A DNA stretch of 64,000 nucleotides from Candidatus Bathyarchaeota archaeon (GCA_963739305.1 CAVTZU010000015.1:32001-96000), one strand, 5' to 3'. Positions 41,638 through 52,246 are shown, numbered from the stretch's first letter. Made by a program: numbers and translations. Notes: generated from the sequence alone by a model not told the origin.

Positions 41638-44600
41638 TTGCTGTTATCCGAGGAGTTAAGTGTGGAGGAGATTCTGCATCAGGCAGAACAGTCAGAGAAG
41701 GACTATGATTGGCTAGAAGCCATTGAGTTTTATAAGAAAGGCTTGAGTTTGGTGTCCAAAACGGATTTTCTGAAAATGGGAAAGGTCCAAGAGAGTATTG
41801 GCTACGCTATCTATCGGGCGGCTATGCAAGCTGAGAATTCTGAACGGTTCAGAGAGAGGATGCGGGAAGCTGTCACAAACTATGAGAAAGCCAAGGAATC
41901 TTACGGAAATTTGACTGAGAAGACGGAAAAGACGCCTAGGGCGCTTCGCTGTGATGCCATGGTTGCATACATGAACCATTGGCTTGTATCTGACGCCTGT
42001 CAAAAAAAGACATTGCTAGATGAGTGCTGGAGCCTTACAAAGGAAACTTTGATGGCTTTCAAGCAAGCTGACAATGCTCTGGAATATGAAAAAACATACT
42101 GTCAACTCTCATCAGTCGCCTACCACAGTTTTGTACTTGGGTGGGACTTTCAAACTCGCATGAAATTGGTTGGAGAAGCTGTAGAGTACGGGGAGCAAGC
42201 AACGACCTTGCTTTCCGGCGTCGCCAATTCATGCGAACTTGCGAAGGCCTACGCAAAAACAGCACTTTACCTAACTGTCTTTGTATGCAATTTCATTTCT
42301 GATACGGATGAAAAAGAAAGATATTGCCAAAAGAGTCTGAAGCTGTGGCAAGAGGCCTACAAGCTTTCGGAAGAGGCTGCCTTGCTTGAGCTGTTAAGCA
42401 TATTCAGCGAATTAGAGATGATTTTTCAATCTGACGAGTTGCCAAGCCTCTTCAAGAAAGCGCTGTGTTATGCACAGAAAACCAAAGACAGATATTTGAT
42501 TGGGTCCGCGTTGGATCAGTTAGCATATGCTACGTTCCTTACTGTATCAGAGGATCCAGACAGAATACTGCAGATTAGCCAAGAAGCTCTGCAATACGCT
42601 GAAGACGCGAATAATAGCTACTCAGCGATCTCCTTCGTGAGTCCCCGTGTGGGAACACTGTGGACAGCGGCCCCTGGATGCGATTACCATACGAGATTGG
42701 CCATAATGGTGGAGACTGATCTGAAGAAGAAAAGATCTCTGCTGGAAAAGGCAATAGCGGAAGGAACTTACGCAATAGAGCACTCTGAGAAGACGGGCTA
42801 CCCTGAAACCATAAAATATGCGAATTTTACACTAAGTCTGGCACTCAGACGTCTTGGAAGACTAGAAACAAACCCAAGCGAGAAAAAAGCGTTCTTAGAA
42901 AGGGCCTTGGCACACGAGAAAGAAGCTCTCACACTCACCGAAAGAATTCAGCCCTACAATTACTGGAATCTTGGTTTCCACTGGGGCGCAAGAGCACAAC
43001 TGCGGGGAGATCTGTCAGCATTTGAAAAAGACCCTGAGAAGAAAAAGACCATTCTTGAAGAAGCTATCTCAGACGGGGAATATGGCTCGCAATTATACAT
43101 CAAACAATTGCAGATGTTAGCGTCCGCGCACTACAAGGCTGGTGGAGAAGCAGGGTTTTGGTGGACGCACCTCGGGTTCAGTCAGTATTCTCGTGGCGAG
43201 TTGCTCAACACTCTTTATGAGTTAACCCGCAATGAGCAACATCAGAGAAGAGCTATAAAAGCCTTCGAGGAAGCAGTCGAGTCATACCAAAAAGCCAATC
43301 GAGTCACCCGAATCGCAGAGTGCTACTGGAAGCTTGCTAGAAGCTATGACGACCTTCATGAATATCTAAAGGCGGCGCAAAACTTTGACATGGCTTCTGG
43401 CAAATACGAGCAAGCGGCCGAAAATATTCTTCAGCTAAAAAGGATCTACCAGAATCATGCCCGATACATGGAAGCTTGGAGTGAAATTGAAAAAGCACGA
43501 CACCACCACGTGAGACAGGAATACGCCATGGGAAAAGAGCACTATGAAAAAGCTGCTACTATGCACGAATCGTTGGAACAATGGAGCTATCTGGCACCAA
43601 ATTATTCCGCATGGGCTGAGGTCGAAAACGCCGAATACTTGAGCAGAATGGAGAAGACCGAAGAAGCACTCCAAGCCTTTGAGGACGCAGCCAAATTGTT
43701 CACTGAAACTAAGAAATCCCTCGCGACGAAGCTCAGAGAAATCGAAGATCCAGACGAGAAAGATGCGGCAACCAACATGATCAAGACGACCGACCTGAGG
43801 CACGAATATTGCATCGGAAAAATCGCGCTTGAGGAAGCAAGAATCCTTGACAAAAAGGGAGACCACTACTTCAGCTCAGAGAAATATGGCTCAGCGGTTG
43901 CAATTTTCCAAAAAATAAGTGAAGCCCTAGAGTCGGACCAAGATAAGAAGGAATTCAAGTTGATCATTACTCTTTCTCAAGCTTGGCAAAAAATGACTCG
44001 GGGAGAGGCAGAAGCATCACCTGCATTCTACTTGGAGGCGTCCCAACTTTTCGAGGAAGCCAAAGAGTTCAGTCAAAATGAGAAAGCAAAAATGTTAGCA
44101 TTGGGTCACAGCCGCTTCTGCAAAGCTCTTGAGGCAGGAACAAAATTCGCCGATACAGGCGACGCAACACTGTATGCTACGACCACACAATACTTAGAAA
44201 GCGCCGCAAAATACTACATCAAAGCAGGCTTCCAGAGCGCATCAGAATACACTAAGGCAACTAGATTACTTTTCGATGCCTACATTCACATGGGCAACGC
44301 GCAAAAGGAAATTGACCCTGAGAAAAAGACCAAACTCTACGAAATGGCTGAAAAATTGTTGCAATCGTCAGCTGGCTCTTTCATGAAAGCGGAGCACCCA
44401 GAGAAAAGGGAACAGGCGTTGGGGTTATTGAAGAAGGTGAAAGAGGAGCGGAAAATAGCACTTTCTCTCAGTGAAGTACTCCACCCACCAACAATAATTT
44501 CAACAACAAACGCTTTCAATACGCCGACTCCTACTCAGGAAGAAGCAGTAGGTTTAGAAAGATTTGAACACGCTGACATACAAGCGAACCTGATAGTAGC

Positions 44601-44964
44601 TAAAAAAGAGATAAGGGTAGGCGAATTTCTCAACGTCGAAGTGGAGCTTGTGAACGCCGGAAAAGGCCCAGCCGTTCTGATTAAACTTGCAGAGGTTATT
44701 CCTGCAGGTTTTGACTTGACGGAAAAACCTGAAATGTATCGGGTAGAAGATAACTATCTTAACATGAAGGGAAAAAGGCTCGATTCTCTAAAGACAGAAG
44801 AGGTGAGGCTCGTTCTCAAACCAAAGGTTCAAGGCGTTTTCCAGCTGAGACCGAAGATCCTCTACCTGGACGATGACGGCAAGTGCAAGTCTAACGAGCC
44901 TAAACCCATAGAAATCATTGTGAGAGAACTTGGAATCAAAGGCTGGCTCAAAGGAGAAGGATGA
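41638..44964 (+). CDS. Large TPR/alpha-solenoid protein with C-terminal Ig-like domain
   Basis: About 950 aa of helical repeats, then VELVNAGKGPA...LRPKILYLD beta-domain; no signal peptide. Confidence 0.8.
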   Translation: MLLSEELSVEEILHQAEQSEKDYDWLEAIEFYKKGLSLVSKTDFLKMGKVQESIGYAIYRAAMQAENSERFRERMREAVTNYEKAKESYGNLTEKTEKTPRALRCDAMVAYMNHWLVSDACQKKTLLDECWSLTKETLMAFKQADNALEYEKTYCQLSSVAYHSFVLGWDFQTRMKLVGEAVEYGEQATTLLSGVANSCELAKAYAKTALYLTVFVCNFISDTDEKERYCQKSLKLWQEAYKLSEEAALLELLSIFSELEMIFQSDELPSLFKKALCYAQKTKDRYLIGSALDQLAYATFLTVSEDPDRILQISQEALQYAEDANNSYSAISFVSPRVGTLWTAAPGCDYHTRLAIMVETDLKKKRSLLEKAIAEGTYAIEHSEKTGYPETIKYANFTLSLALRRLGRLETNPSEKKAFLERALAHEKEALTLTERIQPYNYWNLGFHWGARAQLRGDLSAFEKDPEKKKTILEEAISDGEYGSQLYIKQLQMLASAHYKAGGEAGFWWTHLGFSQYSRGELLNTLYELTRNEQHQRRAIKAFEEAVESYQKANRVTRIAECYWKLARSYDDLHEYLKAAQNFDMASGKYEQAAENILQLKRIYQNHARYMEAWSEIEKARHHHVRQEYAMGKEHYEKAATMHESLEQWSYLAPNYSAWAEVENAEYLSRMEKTEEALQAFEDAAKLFTETKKSLATKLREIEDPDEKDAATNMIKTTDLRHEYCIGKIALEEARILDKKGDHYFSSEKYGSAVAIFQKISEALESDQDKKEFKLIITLSQAWQKMTRGEAEASPAFYLEASQLFEEAKEFSQNEKAKMLALGHSRFCKALEAGTKFADTGDATLYATTTQYLESAAKYYIKAGFQSASEYTKATRLLFDAYIHMGNAQKEIDPEKKTKLYEMAEKLLQSSAGSFMKAEHPEKREQALGLLKKVKEERKIALSLSEVLHPPTIISTTNAFNTPTPTQEEAVGLERFEHADIQANLIVAKKEIRVGEFLNVEVELVNAGKGPAVLIKLAEVIPAGFDLTEKPEMYRVEDNYLNMKGKRLDSLKTEEVRLVLKPKVQGVFQLRPKILYLDDDGKCKSNEPKPIEIIVRELGIKGWLKGEG

Positions 44965-45044
44965 TCTGCCAGTTTTCGTGCGCGCTGATGAAACGCATAC
45001 GTGTCCGAGACGATTTAGCTCTTGGCTGGGGGTTGCACGCGATC

Positions 45045-45986
45045 TCAGACGAGTAGGAGTTCGTAACTAGTGCTCTTGTGATGGATTTGAAAACCGACTT
45101 TTTCGTAGAGTTTTATCGCATGTGTTGGATTTTGATCATCCACATAAAGTAGTGCGTCTTCCATTCCTTGGGCTTTCAGGTGAGACATCGCTCGAAACAT
45201 TAGACTCGTTCCTACGTCTCTTTGTCTATACGGTTTTAGGACGCCGATGTTCAAGATCCACCCGTGTTTTGCACTCTTTTCTTGATTCAGCCTTTCATCG
45301 ACTCCGGCTACGACGTAGCCTATAGGCTGTTTCTCAAGCATCGCAAACCACACTTTTTGATGTTGCCAGAAGGGTGATTTCAACAGCGAGTATCTCGTTT
45401 CCTCAACAGTCATCGGCCTGTAGTTGAAGTGTTCCTTGAAAGCCTCATTGTCGAGACGATTAATCAAAGCAATCTCTTCATCTTCGGCAAGTCGTGCTTC
45501 TCTCAAGTTAGTCGGCTCTTTTTCCTCCATTATTGATGAATCAATGAGGCTTCGTTTCATCAGACTCGAGGTTCTCACACGCTTGAAACCGAAGCTCTCG
45601 TAAAGATGTGTACAAGCAAGTCTGTCAGTCATTGCCCAAGCAGAAGCAATTTTCATTCCGTCTTCTCGCAAAACCGCAATAGCAGTTTTCAACAGTTCTC
45701 TTGCGATTCCCTTGCGTCTAAACTCAGGCAGAACTGAAAGATGTCCGATAAACCCCTTTTTCTTCTCTCTCTGCTTGTCAACATGTGCTTGCACCATTCC
45801 AGCAACTTGACCGTCCCATTCTCCAAACAAAAGCCCATCGAGGTTGAAGCTCGGAGCGTTTGCAATTGTTCTGACCTCTTCAAGAGTCACGCTTCTCATG
45901 TCATCGTAGTCTGAGAATGCCGCGTTGAAGATTCTGACGTAGAATTCTTCATCTTCACCCTTTCGGAAAGGTCTGGTCTTCAACAT
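45045..45986 (-). CDS. Tandem GNAT acetyltransferase
   Basis: VLPEFRRKGIA...LYESFGF and VLKPYRQRDVG...LYEKVGF. Confidence 0.92.
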   Translation of the reverse strand: MLKTRPFRKGEDEEFYVRIFNAAFSDYDDMRSVTLEEVRTIANAPSFNLDGLLFGEWDGQVAGMVQAHVDKQREKKKGFIGHLSVLPEFRRKGIARELLKTAIAVLREDGMKIASAWAMTDRLACTHLYESFGFKRVRTSSLMKRSLIDSSIMEEKEPTNLREARLAEDEEIALINRLDNEAFKEHFNYRPMTVEETRYSLLKSPFWQHQKVWFAMLEKQPIGYVVAGVDERLNQEKSAKHGWILNIGVLKPYRQRDVGTSLMFRAMSHLKAQGMEDALLYVDDQNPTHAIKLYEKVGFQIHHKSTSYELLLV

Positions 45987-46063
45987 TGCTGCTCACCAGA
46001 AAACTCTCAAAAACAAATGCGTTGTCGCACTTAAGCATTGTCAATTCGCAGTTGAACTGGGTC

Positions 46064-46220
46064 TCAAAGCTGAAACAGTTCTCGGTCAAATCGCGTGAGA
46101 AACTCGGATCTCTTTCGTCCAATCAGCACTATGTCTTCCAGTCGGAAATAATATTCCCCGGCATTCCACAGTTTCGGTTCTACTGCCATAACCATGTTTG
46201 ACTGAGGTAAATCTTTGTTT
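46064..46220 (-). pseudogene. C-terminal fragment of an M24 (Xaa-Pro) peptidase
   Basis: NMVMAVEPKLW...FRLEDIVLI motif with no N-terminus. Confidence 0.7.
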
Positions 46221-46224
46221 TCGG

Positions 46225-46376
46225 AGAAGCTGAAGAACCTTGGCTTTACCGTGTTCAAGCAGCCACTAGTTGTTTACGTAGAAAGCAAAGGCAAGAACGT
46301 TTGGCAGTTTAAACCGGGCGAGCAAGATAAAGCCAAGACCTGGGCACAAGAAGCAGCCAAAACACTCTCAGAATAG
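46225..46376 (+). repeat. Diverged duplicate of the flavodoxin 3' end (38286-38437)
   Basis: 152 bp with 13 mismatches by my count, no indels. Confidence 0.95.
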
Positions 46377-46439
46377 CATCTTCTAGTCGCGCCCCAATCC
46401 TGAGCGTCCGCCAGGCCGGAGTTCGTCTTGGAAGTTTAG

Positions 46440-46844
46440 TTAGCTTGTTTTTTTGATGATTAAGATGGCTTCTTTGATGCCTTGGAAGTGGGGGTCGCCC
46501 GTCAGGATTTTTGTTCCAAGTTTTCTTGCTGTGGCCAGTACAAAGGCGTCAGCCAGTCCGAAGTCTTTCTTGTTTTTTCGCATTTCGGCATGGATTATTC
46601 CTGTTTGTTTTGACAATTCTTCGTCTACGTCGATGACGTCTGAGTTGCTGAGCAAAATTCGGTATGCGGTGCACACGTCCTGTTTTTCACGGGCAATTTT
46701 GCTTATCACCTCTCCGAGCGTCACGGCGCTTGTGTAGATCCCGTTGTTTTCATCTTCAAGCATGGTCTTGACTTTCGCGCCGGTTTCGCTTCCGATCAGA
46801 TATTCTATCCAGGCGTATGCGTCCACTACGTATTCGTTAGTCGT
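46440..46844 (-). CDS. vapC: PIN domain toxin (VapC); likely ACG start at 46844
   Basis: YVVDAYAWIEY, TLGEV, GLADAFVLATA, TGDPHF. Confidence 0.9.
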   Translation of the reverse strand, partial: TTNEYVVDAYAWIEYLIGSETGAKVKTMLEDENNGIYTSAVTLGEVISKIAREKQDVCTAYRILLSNSDVIDVDEELSKQTGIIHAEMRKNKKDFGLADAFVLATARKLGTKILTGDPHFQGIKEAILIIKKTS

Positions 46845-47031
46845 GCACGTTCAACTCGTCTTCTGCTGTGAAGGGTTTAAGTCGTCTGAATGTTCCGAAC
46901 CCGTCTATTTTGACCTTTTTTACGCTAATCTCTATGAGTTCTCCTTCCTTGATTTTTTTGCTCTCGATGAGTTTCTTGGGTATTGTCACGACCAGGGAGC
47001 CGCCGACTCTTCGGGTTTTCGTTATACTCAT
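46837..47031 (-). CDS. vapB: AbrB/MazE-type antitoxin (VapB)
   Basis: TRRVGGSLVVTIPK...IKEGELIEI; overlaps the PIN gene. Confidence 0.88.
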   Translation of the reverse strand: MSITKTRRVGGSLVVTIPKKLIESKKIKEGELIEISVKKVKIDGFGTFRRLKPFTAEDELNVHD

Positions 47032-47396
47032 GAAGTATCACTTATACATAACAAAAATAACACTAAAGTTACACTTAACTCTTACGGCACGGAAATCATC
47101 GTGCGGCCTCTGCAAGCACGACATTTTTCTATGGATAAATGGAGAGAATGTCCGCGCCGCGCGCGCTCAACATCCAAATCTGCAAAAAAACCATACGAAG
47201 AACCAAACCCAAATCTCTGCAAAAACCCATCGAAAGTTCTCTGTGCGAAAAAAGGGTAGGGGGTAGGGTGTTTTAGACTGTTTCTTAACCAAAATCCATG
47301 TTGACCAGTCCTTCACTGCGTATCGCGGGCGGTTTTTGTTTCCCCAGTAACCTAACACTCTGACTTCATCGCATAAGAGCGGTGCGCTCCTCTAAG

Positions 47397-49322
47397 TCAA
47401 GCTCTCTCCGTAAGGGGAATATCATTTTTGCCCGCGCCCACCGTGTCCCACGCTTGGGTAAACCCAACATCACAGCAACAAGGCAAGCGGTCGAAGCTTG
47501 CCACCTCAGCTGAGTCCGTCTGCGTGAATGTGTCCGGCAGGATCCATCGAAGGCAACAAACGCTTCGGGCGTTCATCGCCAAAACAAGACTGAATAGACT
47601 TGTAAAGTTAAACCTTCCTACACACCGCTCACTTATTCGCTTAAGCTCACCCAGCTTGCTCATGTTCAACTCAAGCCCAGCAACCGGATTCTCTAAACCC
47701 CACGATTGCAAAACCTTCGGATGAACCTCACCTATGACACCCACTTCCACTCCTTCAACGACAACCGCACCGACCCTACCCTCAATAAAACTCGCATGCT
47801 TCGTCTCCTTAACCCGCCACTGTAAGCCAAGGTTACTCAACATCGCATCTAGGTCTGACTTGACCTCAGTGAAACCCGCGTTAACGTGCGAGACCGCAGC
47901 CGCCAACACACTATCATCCCTCGTTCCCGTCTCAGCCGCTTTATCCAACACGGTCACTGAGCCTAACTCAAAAACCCTCTGCGGATACTCCACATGCAAA
48001 TTACAGCTAAACAGCTCCATCAAACCAGGCAAGAGCCAACTCCGCAAACACGTCAACGTCTGAACCTTCGGATTAGCCAACTCCACTACCCGCTGCTTTT
48101 TCAAGTTCATCTTGGCAAATAGGCTATCAGGATTCGTCAAACAATACGAGAGTACCTCCTGAAAACCAAGCCCAACCATCAGCTCCCGAGCCACATCTAA
48201 AAACGCCTGTTCGGGTCTTGCTGCACCCGTCGTAGGCAACTTACGCCAAAACGGCTTCAGTTTATTGTATCCGTACGCGATGGCCACGTCTTCAACCAAA
48301 TCAACCTGATGCATAATATCAATCCGATAACAAGGAACCCGCAACGTTACCTTGTTCTTCTCAACCTTCTCAACGCCATAACCTGCCTTCAACAGCAAAT
48401 TAGCCATCGCTCTGGCCGACAACTCAAGATCCAGTATCCTGTTCGCATAAGCCACATCCAAAACCGCACGGCTACTCTCAAAACTCGGAGTCATCTCCTC
48501 CACATCCTCCGCCTCATAATGAACCAAAGCACCATGCGCCTTACCACCACGATCAACCAAAGACAACGTTACAATCTTCAACGTGTTCACCACAGTCTCA
48601 TGAGACGTTCCCGTAACCTCAACCAAAACATTCCTCGTGTTCTCCGTGACTCTGCCCAGATCATTCGAATTAATGATCGGTGGAAACGACAACACCTTCC
48701 GCTCACTGTCGAACAAAATCGGGTAAACAGGCTTCTCACTCACAATTGACCCGTACTCTATGCCTTTCGGGTGCTCCCGCAGAATCTCCTTCAGACTTAA
48801 CTCTTTATCAAACCCTAATGGAACAAAACGAACCTCATTCGGCTTAGCGACGGTGTAGCTGAACGGTTGCTTGATCAAGTCAAAATCGTAAAGCCCAATC
48901 GAAGCTCGACGCCGGTTCCTCCCATAAGTATGATCCAGCTTGTCTTGAAGCTGCATAACTCCGCGGATAACCGCATCCGTCAGCTTAACATCCTTAATCA
49001 CCGAGCAAGCGATGTACGGCCTGATACTCTTCAGCCTCCCGTCAACGTGCACTTCAGCCAACGCTTTGCCAACGGCATAATGCTTCAACCCCTCTTCCAA
49101 ACCCAAAAACCCACGAAGACACCGCACCAAACCCTCAACGTTCCACAAGTCCGCCCGGTTCGTATCCTTGATCTCAACGCTCATCAAACCCGTCTTCTCA
49201 TCAATCGCTTTCGTCTCACCCTTCGCAAAAGCCAAGACCTCGTTAACCTTATCCACATCCCGATCTAACTCGATTCCAAGCAGCTTCACAAACTCATCAA
49301 AATCCAAGTCAATCGTCGGCAC
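47397..49322 (-). CDS. pheT: Phenylalanine-tRNA ligase beta subunit (homology ends near 47640)
   Basis: NRADLW, QDKLDHTYGRNRRRASIG, SFPPIINS, DLVEDVAIAYGY, GEVHP. Confidence 0.95.
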   Translation of the reverse strand: MPTIDLDFDEFVKLLGIELDRDVDKVNEVLAFAKGETKAIDEKTGLMSVEIKDTNRADLWNVEGLVRCLRGFLGLEEGLKHYAVGKALAEVHVDGRLKSIRPYIACSVIKDVKLTDAVIRGVMQLQDKLDHTYGRNRRRASIGLYDFDLIKQPFSYTVAKPNEVRFVPLGFDKELSLKEILREHPKGIEYGSIVSEKPVYPILFDSERKVLSFPPIINSNDLGRVTENTRNVLVEVTGTSHETVVNTLKIVTLSLVDRGGKAHGALVHYEAEDVEEMTPSFESSRAVLDVAYANRILDLELSARAMANLLLKAGYGVEKVEKNKVTLRVPCYRIDIMHQVDLVEDVAIAYGYNKLKPFWRKLPTTGAARPEQAFLDVARELMVGLGFQEVLSYCLTNPDSLFAKMNLKKQRVVELANPKVQTLTCLRSWLLPGLMELFSCNLHVEYPQRVFELGSVTVLDKAAETGTRDDSVLAAAVSHVNAGFTEVKSDLDAMLSNLGLQWRVKETKHASFIEGRVGAVVVEGVEVGVIGEVHPKVLQSWGLENPVAGLELNMSKLGELKRISERCVGRFNFTSLFSLVLAMNARSVCCLRWILPDTFTQTDSAEVASFDRLPCCCDVGFTQAWDTVGAGKNDIPLTERA

Positions 49323-49323
49323 A

Positions 49324-50835
49324 CTAAACAACCTCCTTGGTCCTCAACCACTGCAGATCCTTCGAAAACAAGTACCGAATATCATCCACCCCAGCCCGCA
49401 TCATAAACAAACGATCAACACCCAAACCCCAAGCAATAACGGGCACCTTGATACCCAGCGGCAACGTGACCTCAGGCCTGAAAATCCCCGAACCGCCAAA
49501 CTCAATCCAGCCTACGCCCTTCATGTAAGCGCTAAGCTCAACGCTAGGCTCGGTAAACGGATAATAATCCGGCTTCAACCTGACCTTCTCAGCACCCGCA
49601 AACTCCGTCGCAAACGTCATCAAAATCCCCAACAAATCTCGAAGGTTCAAACTCTCATCAACAACGATGCCCTCAACCTGATTGAACTCGGTCAAATGCG
49701 TCTGGTCCAAAACATCCGGCCTGAAACACCGCGCAATCGAGAAATACCGACCTGGAACTTGCAAATCCTTACTCACGAGGGTTCTCGCGCTAAGACAGGT
49801 GCCGTGCCCACGCAGGACCAAACGCTTAGCCTCATCAACCGAATACTTGTACCTCCAACCTGTCGAACCCGTGTTCCAACCGTTCTCATGCGTCTGCTTA
49901 ACGTGCTCCAAAACCCGCTTGTCTACACCTAAACGGCCATGCTTCGGAGACTTAACGAAATAAATGTCCATCGCCTCACGAGCCGGATGATCCTGCGGCG
50001 TGTAGAGCGCATCAAAATTGAAGAACGAAGTCTCAACATTCGTGCCCGTCATCTCCCTAAACCCGAGATTAATCAGCTTCTCCTTCACACCGTCAAGAAA
50101 CCTTAGGTACGGATGCTTCTTCCCCGCCCAAGTCTTCGCAACCGGCGCCTCAATATTGTACTTCTGAAACTTGACACCCCGCCACTTTCCACTCACGATC
50201 AGATCCGGCGTCAACTGCGTCACCTCAACCGCAGCCTTCGCCTCCTTCTTCAACACCTCTTTACCCAAAACGGTGATCTCGATTTCCCACCGAGCCTTCT
50301 CCTCAACTTCAAGCAGCTTTCTGCCTTTCAACAAACGAAAAGCATCCTGAAGCTCCCGACTCAAAGACCCAACCGTCACTTCCTTCCTCTCAGCAAGAAG
50401 CTTCACAAGCTTCTCATCATCTCCCGTACTAGGCTTCTCCTTCAACTGCAAAATGCCTGCTTTCGAATCTAGAACTGCCCACTTCTTCCTCTGAACCCAA
50501 CCAAGCGCAATAGGCACCGTCTGCTTCCCAAGCCCAGCCTCACCGATCACCTTCTCAACGGAGCCTTTCCCGCCCAGCCGTTCCAATGCAGAAACCATCT
50601 GCCTCTCGGGCAAACCACACTTCGCATAAACCTGGCCCTCAGCGTTGAGCCTCAAAACCGTCGCTCTTTCCTCACGGATCGCCACAAGACCTTTTTCCTT
50701 CAGTGTCAAAGCCGAACGCATAACCGCGGCGTCTGAAAGCCCACTCTCATTCACCAAACGCTCAGCCGACGCCTTCCCGCCGAGACGCGACAACGTCGCC
50801 AGAGTCTTAAGCTCATACTGCCTCAGATCAACCAT
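49324..50835 (-). CDS. pheS: Phenylalanine-tRNA ligase alpha subunit
   Basis: NFDALYTPQDHPARE, YYPFTEPS, GIFRPE, WGLGVDR. Confidence 0.97.
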   Translation of the reverse strand: MVDLRQYELKTLATLSRLGGKASAERLVNESGLSDAAVMRSALTLKEKGLVAIREERATVLRLNAEGQVYAKCGLPERQMVSALERLGGKGSVEKVIGEAGLGKQTVPIALGWVQRKKWAVLDSKAGILQLKEKPSTGDDEKLVKLLAERKEVTVGSLSRELQDAFRLLKGRKLLEVEEKARWEIEITVLGKEVLKKEAKAAVEVTQLTPDLIVSGKWRGVKFQKYNIEAPVAKTWAGKKHPYLRFLDGVKEKLINLGFREMTGTNVETSFFNFDALYTPQDHPAREAMDIYFVKSPKHGRLGVDKRVLEHVKQTHENGWNTGSTGWRYKYSVDEAKRLVLRGHGTCLSARTLVSKDLQVPGRYFSIARCFRPDVLDQTHLTEFNQVEGIVVDESLNLRDLLGILMTFATEFAGAEKVRLKPDYYPFTEPSVELSAYMKGVGWIEFGGSGIFRPEVTLPLGIKVPVIAWGLGVDRLFMMRAGVDDIRYLFSKDLQWLRTKEVV

Positions 50836-51065
50836 CGCTTTTCCCCTTCTAACACGATATGAATAGGAATTGCTAAACTAGTTGTCCAAATCAAAATAAA
50901 AGCATGCATGCCCTCAGCTGACTTTCGCTCAGAGGAAACCGGTGGCTTCAACGAAATTGGCAGGGCATCACGTGACCACGACAACCAAAAGACGACAAAA
51001 CCGTATTTATATCTTATTCCTCAACGGTTTCTTTGAGCGCCGGCTCCAACCTGTCATTCCTGGCT

Positions 51066-51326
51066 TCATTGGGTGCTCGGTTGCTGTGTTTTCATAGTTC
51101 TGTCGGTGAGCAACTTGATTATTCCCAGCAAGACAAAGAAGAAGCCAACAACCTCGAGCGCATCTATGATAACCGAGTTCAAGAGGAGAGAACCGAAGAC
51201 AGACCCATCTTTGAGCAATCCACAAAACCCGGAATACTCTATCAGAGAAAGAACAAGAGCATTAACTGCGGAGGCGAACAGGATCGTGCATCCTGCTGCG
51301 AGAAAACCAAGCGCCATACGGTTCAC
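51066..51326 (-). CDS. Small membrane protein
   Basis: Two hydrophobic helices. Confidence 0.45.
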   Translation of the reverse strand: MNRMALGFLAAGCTILFASAVNALVLSLIEYSGFCGLLKDGSVFGSLLLNSVIIDALEVVGFFFVLLGIIKLLTDRTMKTQQPSTQ

Positions 51327-51517
51327 AAGATTACACCCATTGATGGTACTAGAAGTTACTATTTATGATTTGTTGTTTCGTCTTGCGCAGGTCTTGCCAG
51401 CCCGTGCGGGAAAGATAACACAACGACCCAGACTTCAGAACGAGAATACTCCGCGCCAACATGGGCGGAAGATTCGCTGACGACTAAACACATCTCTTCT
51501 GCTTTTCAACGAAACCT

Positions 51518-52177
51518 CTAGTCAGCAGATAAATCTGAGAAAGTAGCAGTTTTTGCTCCTTTGTTAAGCATCTCACGGACCGCTCTCTCGCTATCTCCAG
51601 ATATCCGGTCTATTCCCTTCGTCGCATCAACCAACAACACAACCTCAAAACCCAGTCTCAATCCATCCAACACCGTGTTCTTCACACAATAATCCGTCGC
51701 CAAACCCCCCACAAAAACCCGCCGCACACCCGCCTTCCTCAAGTCAGCATCCAACTCGGTCCCATCAAACCCAGAGTAACTCTCCCTGTCCGGGTCAGTC
51801 GCCTTCGAAATCACCCTCACGTCTTCCGGAAGCCTCAAATCAGGATGAAACCTCGCGCCATCACTGCCCTGGACACAGTGAGGAGGCCAAGGACCACCCC
51901 GCTCCTTGAACGAAACATGATTCGGCGGATGCCAATCCCTCGTCGCAAAAACCCTCGCTCGGGCACTTTTGAAAAGATCGATATACAAATTCAAGACTGG
52001 AATTATTCTATCCCCACCTGGCACAGGAACCCGTCCTCTTGGACAAAAATCAACTTGAACGTCCACAACGATGAGAGCGTCACTCTCATTTACCTTGAAT
52101 TTAGTTTTGTGCTGCCCTTTCAGAAGAACAGTGTTAGCGGAAATCTCGACCAAACGACTCCTACCTTCTATTTGCAC
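51518..52177 (-). CDS. pncA: Nicotinamidase/pyrazinamidase
   Basis: VDVQVDFCP, TRDWHP, WPPHCVQ, SKAT, GLATDYCV; start uncertain. Confidence 0.9.
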   Translation of the reverse strand: MQIEGRSRLVEISANTVLLKGQHKTKFKVNESDALIVVDVQVDFCPRGRVPVPGGDRIIPVLNLYIDLFKSARARVFATRDWHPPNHVSFKERGGPWPPHCVQGSDGARFHPDLRLPEDVRVISKATDPDRESYSGFDGTELDADLRKAGVRRVFVGGLATDYCVKNTVLDGLRLGFEVVLLVDATKGIDRISGDSERAVREMLNKGAKTATFSDLSAD

Positions 52178-52246
52178 TCAATAGAACGCGTTGGAATTTC
52201 TCGACAAAACTTCATTATAAGTCTATTCATCTCAGAAGGCAGGAAT

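Noticed and set aside
47254-47268. GGGTAGGGGGTAGGG as a G-quadruplex
   Set aside because: Only three G-tracts and a single occurrence here; insufficient support.
47397-47640. ~80-aa C-terminal extension of PheT
   Set aside because: It is not protein-like and lies beyond the normal end of homology; probably a lost stop from an indel.
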